From the NCBI GenBank assembly GCA_041746255.1, contig JBGTHM010000126.1, positions 22,953 to 86,952 on the forward strand: 64,000 bases of DNA. Reading direction: 5' to 3'. The translations under genes and the position numbers were made by a program. Below, piece after piece: positions 39,811 to 49,298 of this stretch. The notes under the pieces were generated by a model that saw nothing but the letters and a program-made list of their open reading frames with translations, was not told the DNA's origin and made no database searches. How positions within the stretch are numbered: position 1 is the first letter of the stretch; each line of letters opens with the position of its first letter. The stretch is from Fibrobacteria bacterium. GTDB taxonomy: Bacteria; Fibrobacterota; Fibrobacteria; UBA11236.

Positions 39811-41466
39811 TCAGGTATTGGACTTAACGCAAGGCATAAACCATTCCTTGCCTACGCTGTTGGTCTGAGGAATCTGGGTGGGAGCCTTGAATTTGAAGGT
39901 TTCATAAAAGGGCCGACGATACTCGCTGGTCCATTGGCTGAAAGCCTGATTGGCGCTTTGTTCAATAATACCGAGACCGTGGAATAAACGGAAGATTCCC
40001 AATTCCCGGCACCAATTGCACAGCCGGTCGGAAACCCTCAAATTATTGCTTCCTCCGAAAATATCCGCGTTGTGATGCGACCCATTCATCAAACACTTGA
40101 ATTCGGGATGGTATCGCCCATCCACTCCGAAAGCGCCCACCAATTTATCGGTGCTCTTATTAAATTCACCCTGGTAAACCAGGTGTTTCCAAGGCAGTTC
40201 TTCGCATTTGTTTCCGGGGGTGACATTATTGATGGAACTGAAACTGACCCGTCCGTGGCCCCGGTCGTAATATTCATCGGCAACTCTGCCAAATGAATGG
40301 AAAAACTCATGGTGCTGGGAAAGTGCATAGGCGACGCTGACACTTTGCCTGGAATTGGCGGGATTTGCATGGGATCGGGCGAAACCGGAAAATCCGCTGC
40401 GTCCTCGGGCCGGATCGAATATTGCGAATTGGACCACCCAATTCCGGGCCCTTCCATCGAAATGCTTGGGAGAAAATGGATGGCGTTTCAGTAACTCCCA
40501 AATCTTGGCCGTTGTATGCGTTTGATTGCCGGTATGTCCGCCGATTTCGATTTTGAAATAGGTATCTCCACCCATATGTGCAGCCGATGCCACGGGAAGC
40601 GTCCAGATGACGAAAGCTTCTTTGAAGGAGTTCAGGGGGTCGAGGCTGAAAACGTCCGCATACCAACTCTTAACATCAGCCAGATAACGGCCGGCATCAA
40701 TGTCCTTTTGGGTGTAGCCTTCGGGCAAGTATAAAACATGATACATTTCCTCCTTGGGAATCTTAACGGTCTTCCCAGTGGCAAAATTGGTTACCAGGCC
40801 CGATCCGATAAAAAATTGTTGGAACCCCACCCCCCTTTTCAAAGTTACGTCCGGCAGCTTTCCAGCGGACCGATTGGCTACGGCCATCACGGCATCCTCA
40901 GAACCGGCTTTGTTGAAATGCAAAGAATCGGCGTCGGCGGCGGTTTTGAATAGGGGCGCTAATGCCTCTGGTTGCCGCCCATCGCCCTGGGAAGAACCCT
41001 GAATGACATAATTCCGTTCGCCTACCACCAGCCGGAGAATTCGATGGGAAGGAAGCAATTCCTGTTGCATATATCGCTGCAAATCAAGGGAGTTTCGACC
41101 TTGTAAGAAGTTGTCGCTGCTCACCAACAGCTTCTGACGGCCTTGCACGTCGGTCAGCAGGAGCTTTACCGGTTCATTATTCTTCTCAAGGTAAAACTGC
41201 AGGTTTCCCCGGTCCACAAGCGGAGCGAAGTGGGTCGCAATTGTGGGTGACTTTAGCGACAAGGTCGAGGAAAATTGATAACGCCCATCGGAATCGGTGG
41301 AAACCTTTAACCGCTCCCCAATCAACTCGATTTCCACACCTGCAATCGGCATTCCGGTCGGGTCGATAACTCTCCCTTGCAGAGTTGGCTGTGTCCAAGT
41401 AACCGGAGTAAGAATTAGCATCAGACCGATTGTCGGAAAAAAGCCTTGCCTGATTGGGTTAACCAT
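39811..41466 (-). CDS. Secreted M64 (IgA peptidase-like) metallopeptidase
   Basis: EGYT, HHEFFHSFGRVADEY, CLMN, LCNWCRE; N-terminal carboxypeptidase-regulatory-like domain. Confidence 0.75.
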   Translation of the reverse strand: MVNPIRQGFFPTIGLMLILTPVTWTQPTLQGRVIDPTGMPIAGVEIELIGERLKVSTDSDGRYQFSSTLSLKSPTIATHFAPLVDRGNLQFYLEKNNEPVKLLLTDVQGRQKLLVSSDNFLQGRNSLDLQRYMQQELLPSHRILRLVVGERNYVIQGSSQGDGRQPEALAPLFKTAADADSLHFNKAGSEDAVMAVANRSAGKLPDVTLKRGVGFQQFFIGSGLVTNFATGKTVKIPKEEMYHVLYLPEGYTQKDIDAGRYLADVKSWYADVFSLDPLNSFKEAFVIWTLPVASAAHMGGDTYFKIEIGGHTGNQTHTTAKIWELLKRHPFSPKHFDGRARNWVVQFAIFDPARGRSGFSGFARSHANPANSRQSVSVAYALSQHHEFFHSFGRVADEYYDRGHGRVSFSSINNVTPGNKCEELPWKHLVYQGEFNKSTDKLVGAFGVDGRYHPEFKCLMNGSHHNADIFGGSNNLRVSDRLCNWCRELGIFRLFHGLGIIEQSANQAFSQWTSEYRRPFYETFKFKAPTQIPQTNSVGKEWFMPCVKSNT

Positions 41467-41648
41467 GCGAATCCTCCATTTCCGGTTAATCTTCGTACTA
41501 AATCATAACCCCATCAGCCCGATAAAATGCCCTCTTTTCACCGGATAGCGATGAAACAATTAAACAAGGAGGGTACTTCGGATGGTCGTTGATTAATCCA
41601 CAACCCCTTCCTAATTTGGCCCTACACAAACTCAAAGAACTGATCTTG

Positions 41649-42920
41649 ATGGAAAACGGAAAACTGGGCTTCCCAACTACGGAAATCGTAGTGGTCGGCG
41701 CGGGAGCGGCCGGTCTAATGGCAGGAATTTTCGCCGCCAGGCAGTCTCCGCCATCCACGGTTATTCTCCTGGATAGTGCTAAACGCGTGGGCGCCAAAAT
41801 TCTCGCCGCCGGAGGCGGTCGCTGCAATGTGACCCATTTCGAAGTATCCCCCAATGACTACGCCGGTTCGTCCCATAATGCCATTCGCAAGGTATTGTCG
41901 AGGTTCTCGGTGGAGGAAACCATCCATTTCTTCCATAAACTCGGAGTAGAACTCCATAAAGAAGAAACCGGAAAACTTTTCCCGGTCAGCAATAAAGCGC
42001 GCACGGTACTCGAGGCCTTACTTTCCGAAACCGAAAGAAGCGGAGCGCAATTACGCCATCCTCGCCGCGTGGATAACATTTTGAAGTCGCAAAATGGCTT
42101 CGTCATACAGGGTGATTGGGGCGAAATGCTAGCCAAAAAGGTTATTCTCGCCACGGGCGGCAAGAGTCTCCCGACCACCGGATCGGATGGCCAGGGTTAT
42201 GTGATTGCACGTTCACTGGGCCACTCCCTCACCCCGAGGATATTTCCATCCTTGGCTCCGCTGTTGCTCAAGGATGGTCATTTTATCCGTACCTTGAGCG
42301 GTTTGACCCTGCCCACCACCTTGGAGGTGCGGACACCCGCCGGTAAGCGTCTCAAGGCATTCACCGACTCCACCTTATGCACCCACTTCGGGCTTTCAGG
42401 TCCCTGCGCTCTGAATATCAGCCGCTTTTGGACGGACGCGCATTTGGACAACCCCGAAACCACGCTCTGGGTGAATTGGCTACCGGGAGTTACCCCTGAG
42501 GAGTTGGATAGCCGTTTACAACAACTGGGACCGACATCGCCCTTGGGTTGGTTGCGCGATAGGATGCCGGAGCGGTTGGCTTTGGCACTGTGCATGGAAG
42601 CAGGTATAGACCCCAGAATTCCGGGTCATAGGTTGGACCGCATCGGTAGAAAAGCCCTGGTGGCTGCGGTTACGACGCTGGAGTTACCGGTAATGGGTGA
42701 TAAGGGTTTCGGGGTAGCCGAAGTCACTGCGGGAGGGATCCCCCTCTCCGAAATAAACTTGGCCACAATGGAATCCCGGGTATGCCCGGGACTGTATTTA
42801 TGTGGTGAAATTTGCGATGTTGACGGACGAATCGGAGGTTTCAATTTCCAATGGGCGTGGGCGAGCGGATACGTTGCCGGTCAAGCGGCAGCGGCGGGTA
42901 AAACGGGTAAGAACAAATAG
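41649..42920 (+). CDS. HI0933/BaiN-family flavoprotein
   Basis: GAGAAG, GGGRCNVT, ATGGKS.P.TGSDG, THFGLSGP, DVDGRIGGFN; start uncertain (41589 or 41649). Confidence 0.92.
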   Translation: MENGKLGFPTTEIVVVGAGAAGLMAGIFAARQSPPSTVILLDSAKRVGAKILAAGGGRCNVTHFEVSPNDYAGSSHNAIRKVLSRFSVEETIHFFHKLGVELHKEETGKLFPVSNKARTVLEALLSETERSGAQLRHPRRVDNILKSQNGFVIQGDWGEMLAKKVILATGGKSLPTTGSDGQGYVIARSLGHSLTPRIFPSLAPLLLKDGHFIRTLSGLTLPTTLEVRTPAGKRLKAFTDSTLCTHFGLSGPCALNISRFWTDAHLDNPETTLWVNWLPGVTPEELDSRLQQLGPTSPLGWLRDRMPERLALALCMEAGIDPRIPGHRLDRIGRKALVAAVTTLELPVMGDKGFGVAEVTAGGIPLSEINLATMESRVCPGLYLCGEICDVDGRIGGFNFQWAWASGYVAGQAAAAGKTGKNK

Positions 42921-42957
42921 ATTTGCGTCGGAGACGGTTCTGTTATAGATTGGTTTC

Positions 42958-43926
42958 ATGGTAAAAAACCTCGTATCCACCTTAGCCAGTATCGTGTTCA
43001 TCCTGCTCACAGCCTGTTCGGCGAAAGCGGACGACGTCATTACCCTCAGCCATGGGGGGAAGCAACGTACCTTTATCCTTCATGTTCCTGTCAGCTACAA
43101 AGGCAATGTCTCTGTGCCTCTCGTACTCAACTTCCATGGGTATACCTCCTCCGCCTTACAACAAGGCTTGTTTTCTGGATGGCGGGACAAATCGATTAAG
43201 GAGCGGTTTATCATTGCCTGGCCACAGGGTATCGGGGATTCCTGGAATGCCGGCGCGGGATGCTGCGGTTCGGCCCTGAATCAAGGCCTTGACGATGTGG
43301 ATTTCGCCCGGTCCGTGGTAGCCCACATCCAGGCTTCCCACAAAATTGACGAACGTCGTATCTACGCTACGGGGTTTTCCAATGGCGGGGCGCTGACCCA
43401 ACGTTTAGCCGTAGAAGCCACCGATCTATTCGCCGCCGCCGCCGGTGTAGCCGGTATGCTCCTGGTCCCCGCTCAACCCAAAAGACCCATGCCGATAATC
43501 AACTTCCACGGGTACAGGGATGTTACCGTTCCCTATGCCGGAAATGATGTTTTCCCCGCTGCCCAGGTTACCTTAAAGAAATGGAGCGAAGCGAACCAGT
43601 GTGCTGGGGCTCCCATTACTCTGGCTCTCTCAGGTACCGGCAAATGCGAAAGCTATCTTTCCTGCAAGGATGATGTCGAAGTCTCATTGTGCAGCCTGGA
43701 AGGAGAGCATGTGCTGTATTTAAACGACAGGAACATCAAGATTCCGGATAGAGCGTGGGCTTTCCTTTCCCGTTTCTCCCTGGTGAATGGAGTCAGCACG
43801 ACATCCATTCCCAGGCGTGATCGCCCCACCACTGCAACTTCCACCCCTCCCTGGTCCGTTTGGTTTTTGGATTACCAAGTGGATGGAAGGCAGATCCAAG
43901 GTGCAATTTTACCTAGTACTCATTAA
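42958..43926 (+). CDS. Secreted LpqC/PHB-depolymerase-like (CE1-type) esterase
   Basis: FHGY, WNAG..CC, GFSNGG nucleophile elbow, FHG..D. Confidence 0.85.
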   Translation: MVKNLVSTLASIVFILLTACSAKADDVITLSHGGKQRTFILHVPVSYKGNVSVPLVLNFHGYTSSALQQGLFSGWRDKSIKERFIIAWPQGIGDSWNAGAGCCGSALNQGLDDVDFARSVVAHIQASHKIDERRIYATGFSNGGALTQRLAVEATDLFAAAAGVAGMLLVPAQPKRPMPIINFHGYRDVTVPYAGNDVFPAAQVTLKKWSEANQCAGAPITLALSGTGKCESYLSCKDDVEVSLCSLEGEHVLYLNDRNIKIPDRAWAFLSRFSLVNGVSTTSIPRRDRPTTATSTPPWSVWFLDYQVDGRQIQGAILPSTH

Positions 43927-43955
43927 TTACGAATGGAATTGGATGAAAACTTCCT

Positions 43956-44420
43956 GTGACCAATAACGATATTCTCCGCCGCCTCCGCTTTGTTTTTGAT
44001 TTCAACGATTCAACCATGATCGCGATTTTCGCTTTGGCTGACAGCATAGTCACGCGCGAACAGATTAGCGATTGGCTGAAACAAGAAGACAAGCCTGGAT
44101 ATAAGGAAATAAACGACACCCAAATGGCGATATTTTTAAACGGATTGATAGTCAAAAACCGGGGTAAAAAAGAAGGAGCCGCCTTCGCACCCGAGACGGT
44201 TTTGAACAACAACATCATTTTCCGAAAATTGAGAATCGCCTTGGAATTGAACGACATCGCTGTCATCGAAATCCTGAAATCGGCGGGTTTTCCCATCGGT
44301 AAACAGGAATTAAGCGCTCTCTTCCGAAAATCCGATCATAAGAATTACCGCCCCTGCCAGGACCAATTGCTGCGAAATTTTCTGAAAGGCTTACAGATTC
44401 TGCATAACAGGCCATCCTGA
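43956..44420 (+). CDS. DUF1456 (YehS) family protein
   Basis: NNDILRRLR, FLNGLI..RG, NNNIIFRKLRIAL, CQDQLLRNFL. Confidence 0.88.
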   Translation: MTNNDILRRLRFVFDFNDSTMIAIFALADSIVTREQISDWLKQEDKPGYKEINDTQMAIFLNGLIVKNRGKKEGAAFAPETVLNNNIIFRKLRIALELNDIAVIEILKSAGFPIGKQELSALFRKSDHKNYRPCQDQLLRNFLKGLQILHNRPS

Positions 44421-44452
44421 ATCATCCACCCGGAAAAAACCAGCTTTGGGGG

Positions 44453-45955
44453 TTAAATTCGAAATGTAGTGCGAATTCCAAATTCGAGACCGGACACCTC
44501 TTCAGTCCTGTCCGTACCCAAAATTTCCGCCTTACCGGGAAATCCTAAATGAGCGTCCAACACTGCACGCTGTTCCCACAAACCGAGTCCGAACCCCAAA
44601 GTAAAAGAGGAGTATCCTGTAGGTTTACCCGGCTGGGGGTTGGAAACACCTAATCGGCTGGGCACCTGCGATGTGGGCAGGAAGGGGTCAAAATGGCTGG
44701 GGCGGTAACCGGGACGATCCGACTGCAATTGGCGCCAGTTCCATCCAGCCCGTAAGGCCAAGCCCATTCCCTCCGGTATGCGCAGGGCGGCGAATCGCTC
44801 TACCGGACTTTCGATTCCCAATCCCAAACGGCTATAGCGTCTATCTATGGTGGTATCCAAGATAAAATCGTGACCGGAAGTTTCCCATTCCCATGCCAGT
44901 GTAGCCAAATCTCGGTATCCGGCTCTCCCTCCCAACCCGATAGTAACTACACCATGTTCCCAACTGAGTTCATCCAATTTCTCCCCCTTTTCCAGCGGGT
45001 TCTGATTGCCTTGAATACCGGCATAGCCCTGCGCATCTTCCGAGCGTAAAGCAAAACGTATCGCAGGCTCCAACCGGAAATCATTCACCAGGGTTGGGTA
45101 AATCCACTGGGAGTGCAATTCCCAGTAACCGGTCCAGATGATGGGATATTCCATTCCCGCTGGAACACCCTGCCGGTATTCACCGAAAAAACGTTCGGTC
45201 CCCAATTCCAATGCGATATTTCCCTGAAGCGGTAATGACTCCCAACCGCCGAAATCGACAAGGAAACCATAGCTGGGTAGCCTAAACTCGGCAACCCTCT
45301 CGAAACGAGCCGCCGGACTTTTTAAACTGTCAAAGCGAGCCGAGAAATCGAAAAACGCAGCGACTTCCACGGCTGGGTGCACCCGGCTGCCTATGTCAAA
45401 TCGCAAGGAGGGGATTTCCAGTAACATGCGCTCGGCTTCGCCGGGATATTCCATCGTGCCTAAAGACGCATGGAGGCCAAGGCCGAAACGAAGTACGCCG
45501 GAAGGTGGGCCCGCGGCCAAATCCAAACCAAAACGGGTCTTTCCGGTTTCCACGCTATCGCCTACCTGGCTTTGATAGCCTTCGTTGGTTCGATTGAAAT
45601 AAATAATGGCCGCGAAAATCCCAGAGTGGTTAAAGCTTAACTGCGGAATAAGAAAATCCTGATGACTGATTTTCAAGGTGTCGCCCGCACTTGCCCGAGA
45701 CGATCTCAAAATACCCGCGGACAGGTTCAATCGCTCTCCTGCCGACTCCAAAATTCCAAGCGGAGAGCCACCATGGTCATATAAATTGTAAAACCGCGAG
45801 TCGGAGAATTGCATCTCACCCATCGAGAGGTTACGCAGCGTATAGACTTCGCTCGCCCACGGATTGACACGAATGCCCTCGGGATGGATTTGGGATAGGA
45901 CCGGTACGATTACCAGGGTAGCAAGCGTCAAAACCACAAGAAAAAATTTCGGCAT
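44453..45955 (-). CDS. Hypothetical outer-membrane beta-barrel protein
   Basis: GAAGGAG RBS before ATG 45955; signal peptide; amphipathic strands; C-terminal EFGIRTTFRI. Confidence 0.65.
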   Translation of the reverse strand: MPKFFLVVLTLATLVIVPVLSQIHPEGIRVNPWASEVYTLRNLSMGEMQFSDSRFYNLYDHGGSPLGILESAGERLNLSAGILRSSRASAGDTLKISHQDFLIPQLSFNHSGIFAAIIYFNRTNEGYQSQVGDSVETGKTRFGLDLAAGPPSGVLRFGLGLHASLGTMEYPGEAERMLLEIPSLRFDIGSRVHPAVEVAAFFDFSARFDSLKSPAARFERVAEFRLPSYGFLVDFGGWESLPLQGNIALELGTERFFGEYRQGVPAGMEYPIIWTGYWELHSQWIYPTLVNDFRLEPAIRFALRSEDAQGYAGIQGNQNPLEKGEKLDELSWEHGVVTIGLGGRAGYRDLATLAWEWETSGHDFILDTTIDRRYSRLGLGIESPVERFAALRIPEGMGLALRAGWNWRQLQSDRPGYRPSHFDPFLPTSQVPSRLGVSNPQPGKPTGYSSFTLGFGLGLWEQRAVLDAHLGFPGKAEILGTDRTEEVSGLEFGIRTTFRI

Positions 45956-45993
45956 GCGCGACTCCTTCAAATAAACGAATCCAATCGGAAAAA

Positions 45994-46503
45994 TTATGCA
46001 ACCGCTTCCAATTTTCCGTGGCATTTCTTGAACTTCTTACCGCTACCGCAATGACAGGGATCGTTCCTACCGATTTTAGGACCATCCAAGACCACTTGCT
46101 TGACTGAAGGCGAGCGTCCGTCGTCGAAATACCATATGCCGTTTACCTTCACGAACGTTGCGAGCTCGTGATGCTTTTTTTCTTCGCCATCCTCGATAAA
46201 TTTCGCGATGAACTCGACTTGACCGGTTGAATCTTCAGGTCCACCCTTTTCCGTGGAAAGAATCTCCAAGCCGGCCCATTTGGTTTTGCGGGACCAATCC
46301 TCTATGCCTTTTCTGTCGATATCCTTTTTTCTGGAAGGAGATACCGAGTTCATGATGAAATCGATCTCCTGCTTAACAAAGGCCGTATAACGGGCGCGCA
46401 TCAAATCGACCGCGGCCTCCGCGGAGGACGCTCGGTTAATAATAGGCTCGCAGCAAACGGAGAATAATTTTTGTGAATCGCACGAACAGAGGTCTATTAC
46501 CAT
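45994..46503 (-). CDS. ychJ: YchJ family protein with SEC-C motif
   Basis: [35 protein letters not shown]. Confidence 0.93.
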   Translation of the reverse strand: MVIDLCSCDSQKLFSVCCEPIINRASSAEAAVDLMRARYTAFVKQEIDFIMNSVSPSRKKDIDRKGIEDWSRKTKWAGLEILSTEKGGPEDSTGQVEFIAKFIEDGEEKKHHELATFVKVNGIWYFDDGRSPSVKQVVLDGPKIGRNDPCHCGSGKKFKKCHGKLEAVA

Positions 46504-46711
46504 TTTTTCTCTCTCTTTGGCTCAATCGGGTTTCCAATATTAATAATCGCTCCCTGAATCGGGAATTCTGTAGGGAAATTTGTGTTTAAAAAATTGAGGA
46601 CTTTTCTGAAATTTCGATGGAAATGCCCCCCACAGGCTGCACCCCCCCAATATATTACTTCTATTGCGCCGATTTTTGGTTCCGGCGGGTATCCTATACT
46701 TTGGAGGCTCC

Positions 46712-48790
46712 ATGCAGCTTAATTTTTCCAAATTGCCACGCGTGTTCCGTTTGATTCCCTACGCGATTTTGCTCTTCTCCCTTAACCTATTTGCACAAAA
46801 CCCGGCTCCCCTCTTTATTGAAGTCGAGACTCCGGCGCTGGCAAAAATCACAGCACACCCTTTTGGTAAACGGGCGACTTTGGTCAATATCGACTGGCGA
46901 TCGCTGGCTGGTTCCAAAACCCCCCTATCACAAGCAATGCTCTCCGAATGGTTGAATCTGAATTTGCCTGGCGAGGTAAACCTAAACGCAAAACGGACAA
47001 GAATCGCCTGGAGAGGCTCGGAAAGGTTTACTTGGTCGGGGGAATCCGAAGGCAGCACCGTCACCCTATCGGTGCACAAAGGGGTCATGTCGGGTGTCAT
47101 CCATACTGACGGAAAAGTTTTCGAAGTTGAACCGATTACCGGTGAAACCCATCGTATTACCGAACTGGATCAAACCCTATTCGAGGAACTGGAACGGCAA
47201 CACGACGACCAGGAAACGGAAACTACCATGGAGGCTTTACCGCCGGATATCACCGCGTGGGATGCAAATGAAACCGAAATCGACGTAATGATTTTGTATG
47301 AAAAAGCCGTAGAGAATCGCTACACCAACGTTACCTCTTTTATGGACGCTTTGATTGAGGTCAGCAACGAAGCTTATGTCCGAAGCGGAATACCTCAGAA
47401 AATCAGATTGGTTCACCATCAATCCATTACCGTAAACGCCTCGGGCGCTTCCGCAAGTTTGAGATGGCTAAGAGAGAATTCTGCCGTAGCCAGCTTGCGC
47501 GACAAATACGGTGCCGACCTCGTGGCCCTCATTATCGACGATGGAAGCAACGGAATCGGCATAGCCAATATGAACGGAGCTTTCAGCGTAACCGCACGTA
47601 GCTCCGCACTGGGTAACCGCACTTTCACCCATGAACTGGGCCATAATATGGGCGCCGGGCATGACCGGGCGCAAATGACCAATCCGAGCGGGTATCGCTA
47701 CGGTTATATCAACAATGCGAAAAAATGGCGCACCATCATGTCCTATGCTACCAAGTGCAGTAATTGTCCTCGCATCAATAATTTCTCCAGCCCCTTGGTG
47801 AACCATAACGGCGACTACACCGGTGTCGCGAATTCCATGGATAATGCCCGCGGTATGCGGGAAAAGTCGCAGTCCGTTTCGAATTTTAGGAAAACAATTG
47901 TTCCAACCTCTTCATCCGGATTCAAATTGGTGGTGACCAAACAAGGACGCGGCACCGTTACGAGTAATCCCGCATCCAGTATTAATTGCGGGAGCGTCTG
48001 CTCGGCGAATTTACCCTCCGGAAGCGTAACGCTTACGGCGACTCCCGCATCGAGTGGCTGGGTTTTCAAACGTTGGACGGGCGCTTGTACCGGTACGAAT
48101 AGAACCTGCACCCTCAATGTCAACGCCGACAGGCAAACCGTCGCCGAATTCGAACACCCCAATTTCTTCCGTATCTCTCTCCTTGATGTCGATGCTAAAA
48201 AGGAAATCCGAGTTCTTACCGGTAAAGACACCCTCAACTTAGCGGGCTTGCCCGCCAATTTTACCATTGAGGCCATTCCCGTAGAAGCCGTGGGCAGCAT
48301 CCATTTCCAAAAGGATGGAGCGCAATCCCGCGATCATATTGAAAACCAGGAACCCTATACGCTTTACTCCGAGAGCGCCGACGCATCCTTGCCCTGGAAT
48401 CCCCGTCCGGTTGCCGGACAATACCAGCTTACCGCCACCGCCTATACGAACAGTGGCGCCGGCGGAGAAATTTTGGCTACACGTCAGATTTCCCTTACCT
48501 TGATTTCTGCCCCGGTTGCTTTGCAAAATGGATTCGGGCTTCCCGCAACGGGAGTTTACGCCTTGAAAACCTTACCCCAGGGCGTAGCTATCCACCTTTC
48601 TCGCAGTGAAGTCCTGGAAATTTCACTCCAATCTCTCGATGGAAAAAGCACGATTTTGGCCAAGCGGATTTTTTCACCCGGTTTCCATCAAGTAAATTGG
48701 AGTTCGAATCATTCGCGTAGAGGCCTTCACTTTCTCCATGTCGAGGGCGAGAGCGGCAAGCAAATGCAAAAGGTTTTTCTAATCGATTAA
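46712..48790 (+). CDS. Secreted reprolysin-like (M12/M72) zinc metalloprotease with prodomain and accessory domains
   Basis: HELGHNMGAGH, TIMSY Met-turn; G.GTVTS.P..INCG..C repeat domain; tail SLDGK; GGAGG RBS before ATG 46712. Confidence 0.85.
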   Translation: MQLNFSKLPRVFRLIPYAILLFSLNLFAQNPAPLFIEVETPALAKITAHPFGKRATLVNIDWRSLAGSKTPLSQAMLSEWLNLNLPGEVNLNAKRTRIAWRGSERFTWSGESEGSTVTLSVHKGVMSGVIHTDGKVFEVEPITGETHRITELDQTLFEELERQHDDQETETTMEALPPDITAWDANETEIDVMILYEKAVENRYTNVTSFMDALIEVSNEAYVRSGIPQKIRLVHHQSITVNASGASASLRWLRENSAVASLRDKYGADLVALIIDDGSNGIGIANMNGAFSVTARSSALGNRTFTHELGHNMGAGHDRAQMTNPSGYRYGYINNAKKWRTIMSYATKCSNCPRINNFSSPLVNHNGDYTGVANSMDNARGMREKSQSVSNFRKTIVPTSSSGFKLVVTKQGRGTVTSNPASSINCGSVCSANLPSGSVTLTATPASSGWVFKRWTGACTGTNRTCTLNVNADRQTVAEFEHPNFFRISLLDVDAKKEIRVLTGKDTLNLAGLPANFTIEAIPVEAVGSIHFQKDGAQSRDHIENQEPYTLYSESADASLPWNPRPVAGQYQLTATAYTNSGAGGEILATRQISLTLISAPVALQNGFGLPATGVYALKTLPQGVAIHLSRSEVLEISLQSLDGKSTILAKRIFSPGFHQVNWSSNHSRRGLHFLHVEGESGKQMQKVFLID

Positions 48791-48862
48791 CCCCCCCCGG
48801 CGTCGAATTACGTACGGATATACCTCCCAGACCCCCCCTTTTCCCAGGGGGTGTACTGCCTA

Positions 48863-48891
48863 TAGACAACTCCCCTTCCGAGAATTAGGTT
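48863..48891 (+). promoter_or_regulatory. Candidate sigma70 promoter for the btu leader
   Basis: TAGACA-N17-TAGGTT; predicted start near 48898-48899 coincides with riboswitch P1. Confidence 0.5.
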
Positions 48892-48898
48892 TCTCCCT

Positions 48899-49190
48899 GT
48901 TCCAGGGCGGTTATCCATCCCGGGCTGATTTCCTTTAGCGGGAAATACAGACGCGATGGTTGACCAAGAGGAATCCCGTGGGATCCGAACCTCCGTATCA
49001 AATCGGAGGATTAGGGTCGAGTCGGGAGCGAGCCCGTCGCTGTAAGCGGAACGAACCCCGAATGGCCACTGGTTGCAAAACCGGGAAGGCAGGGTAGTAG
49101 AACCGGGTGCATGATACCGTCATCACCCAAGCCGCAAGCCAGAATACTCACTTGGAACGAAAATTTCGGCTCAAGCCTTCGGGAGCAAGG
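48899..49190 (+). ncRNA. Cobalamin riboswitch
   Basis: P1 GTTCCAGG/CTTGGAAC; AAGAGGAA; P4 TCCCG/CGGGA; GCTGTAA; GCCACTG..GGGAAGGC; AAGCCAGAATAC; L5 CCCG complementary to L13 CGGG; upstream of B12 genes. Confidence 0.92.
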
Positions 49191-49298
49191 ACTTGGGATT
49201 CGGTTTAGGTTATCCGGTCGTCGTCCTCCGTTCTTTGCGGTCGCGACATCTTCCCGGAAAGCCTTTCTCGTATTTATTGCTCCCGGAAGAAAGGTCTT

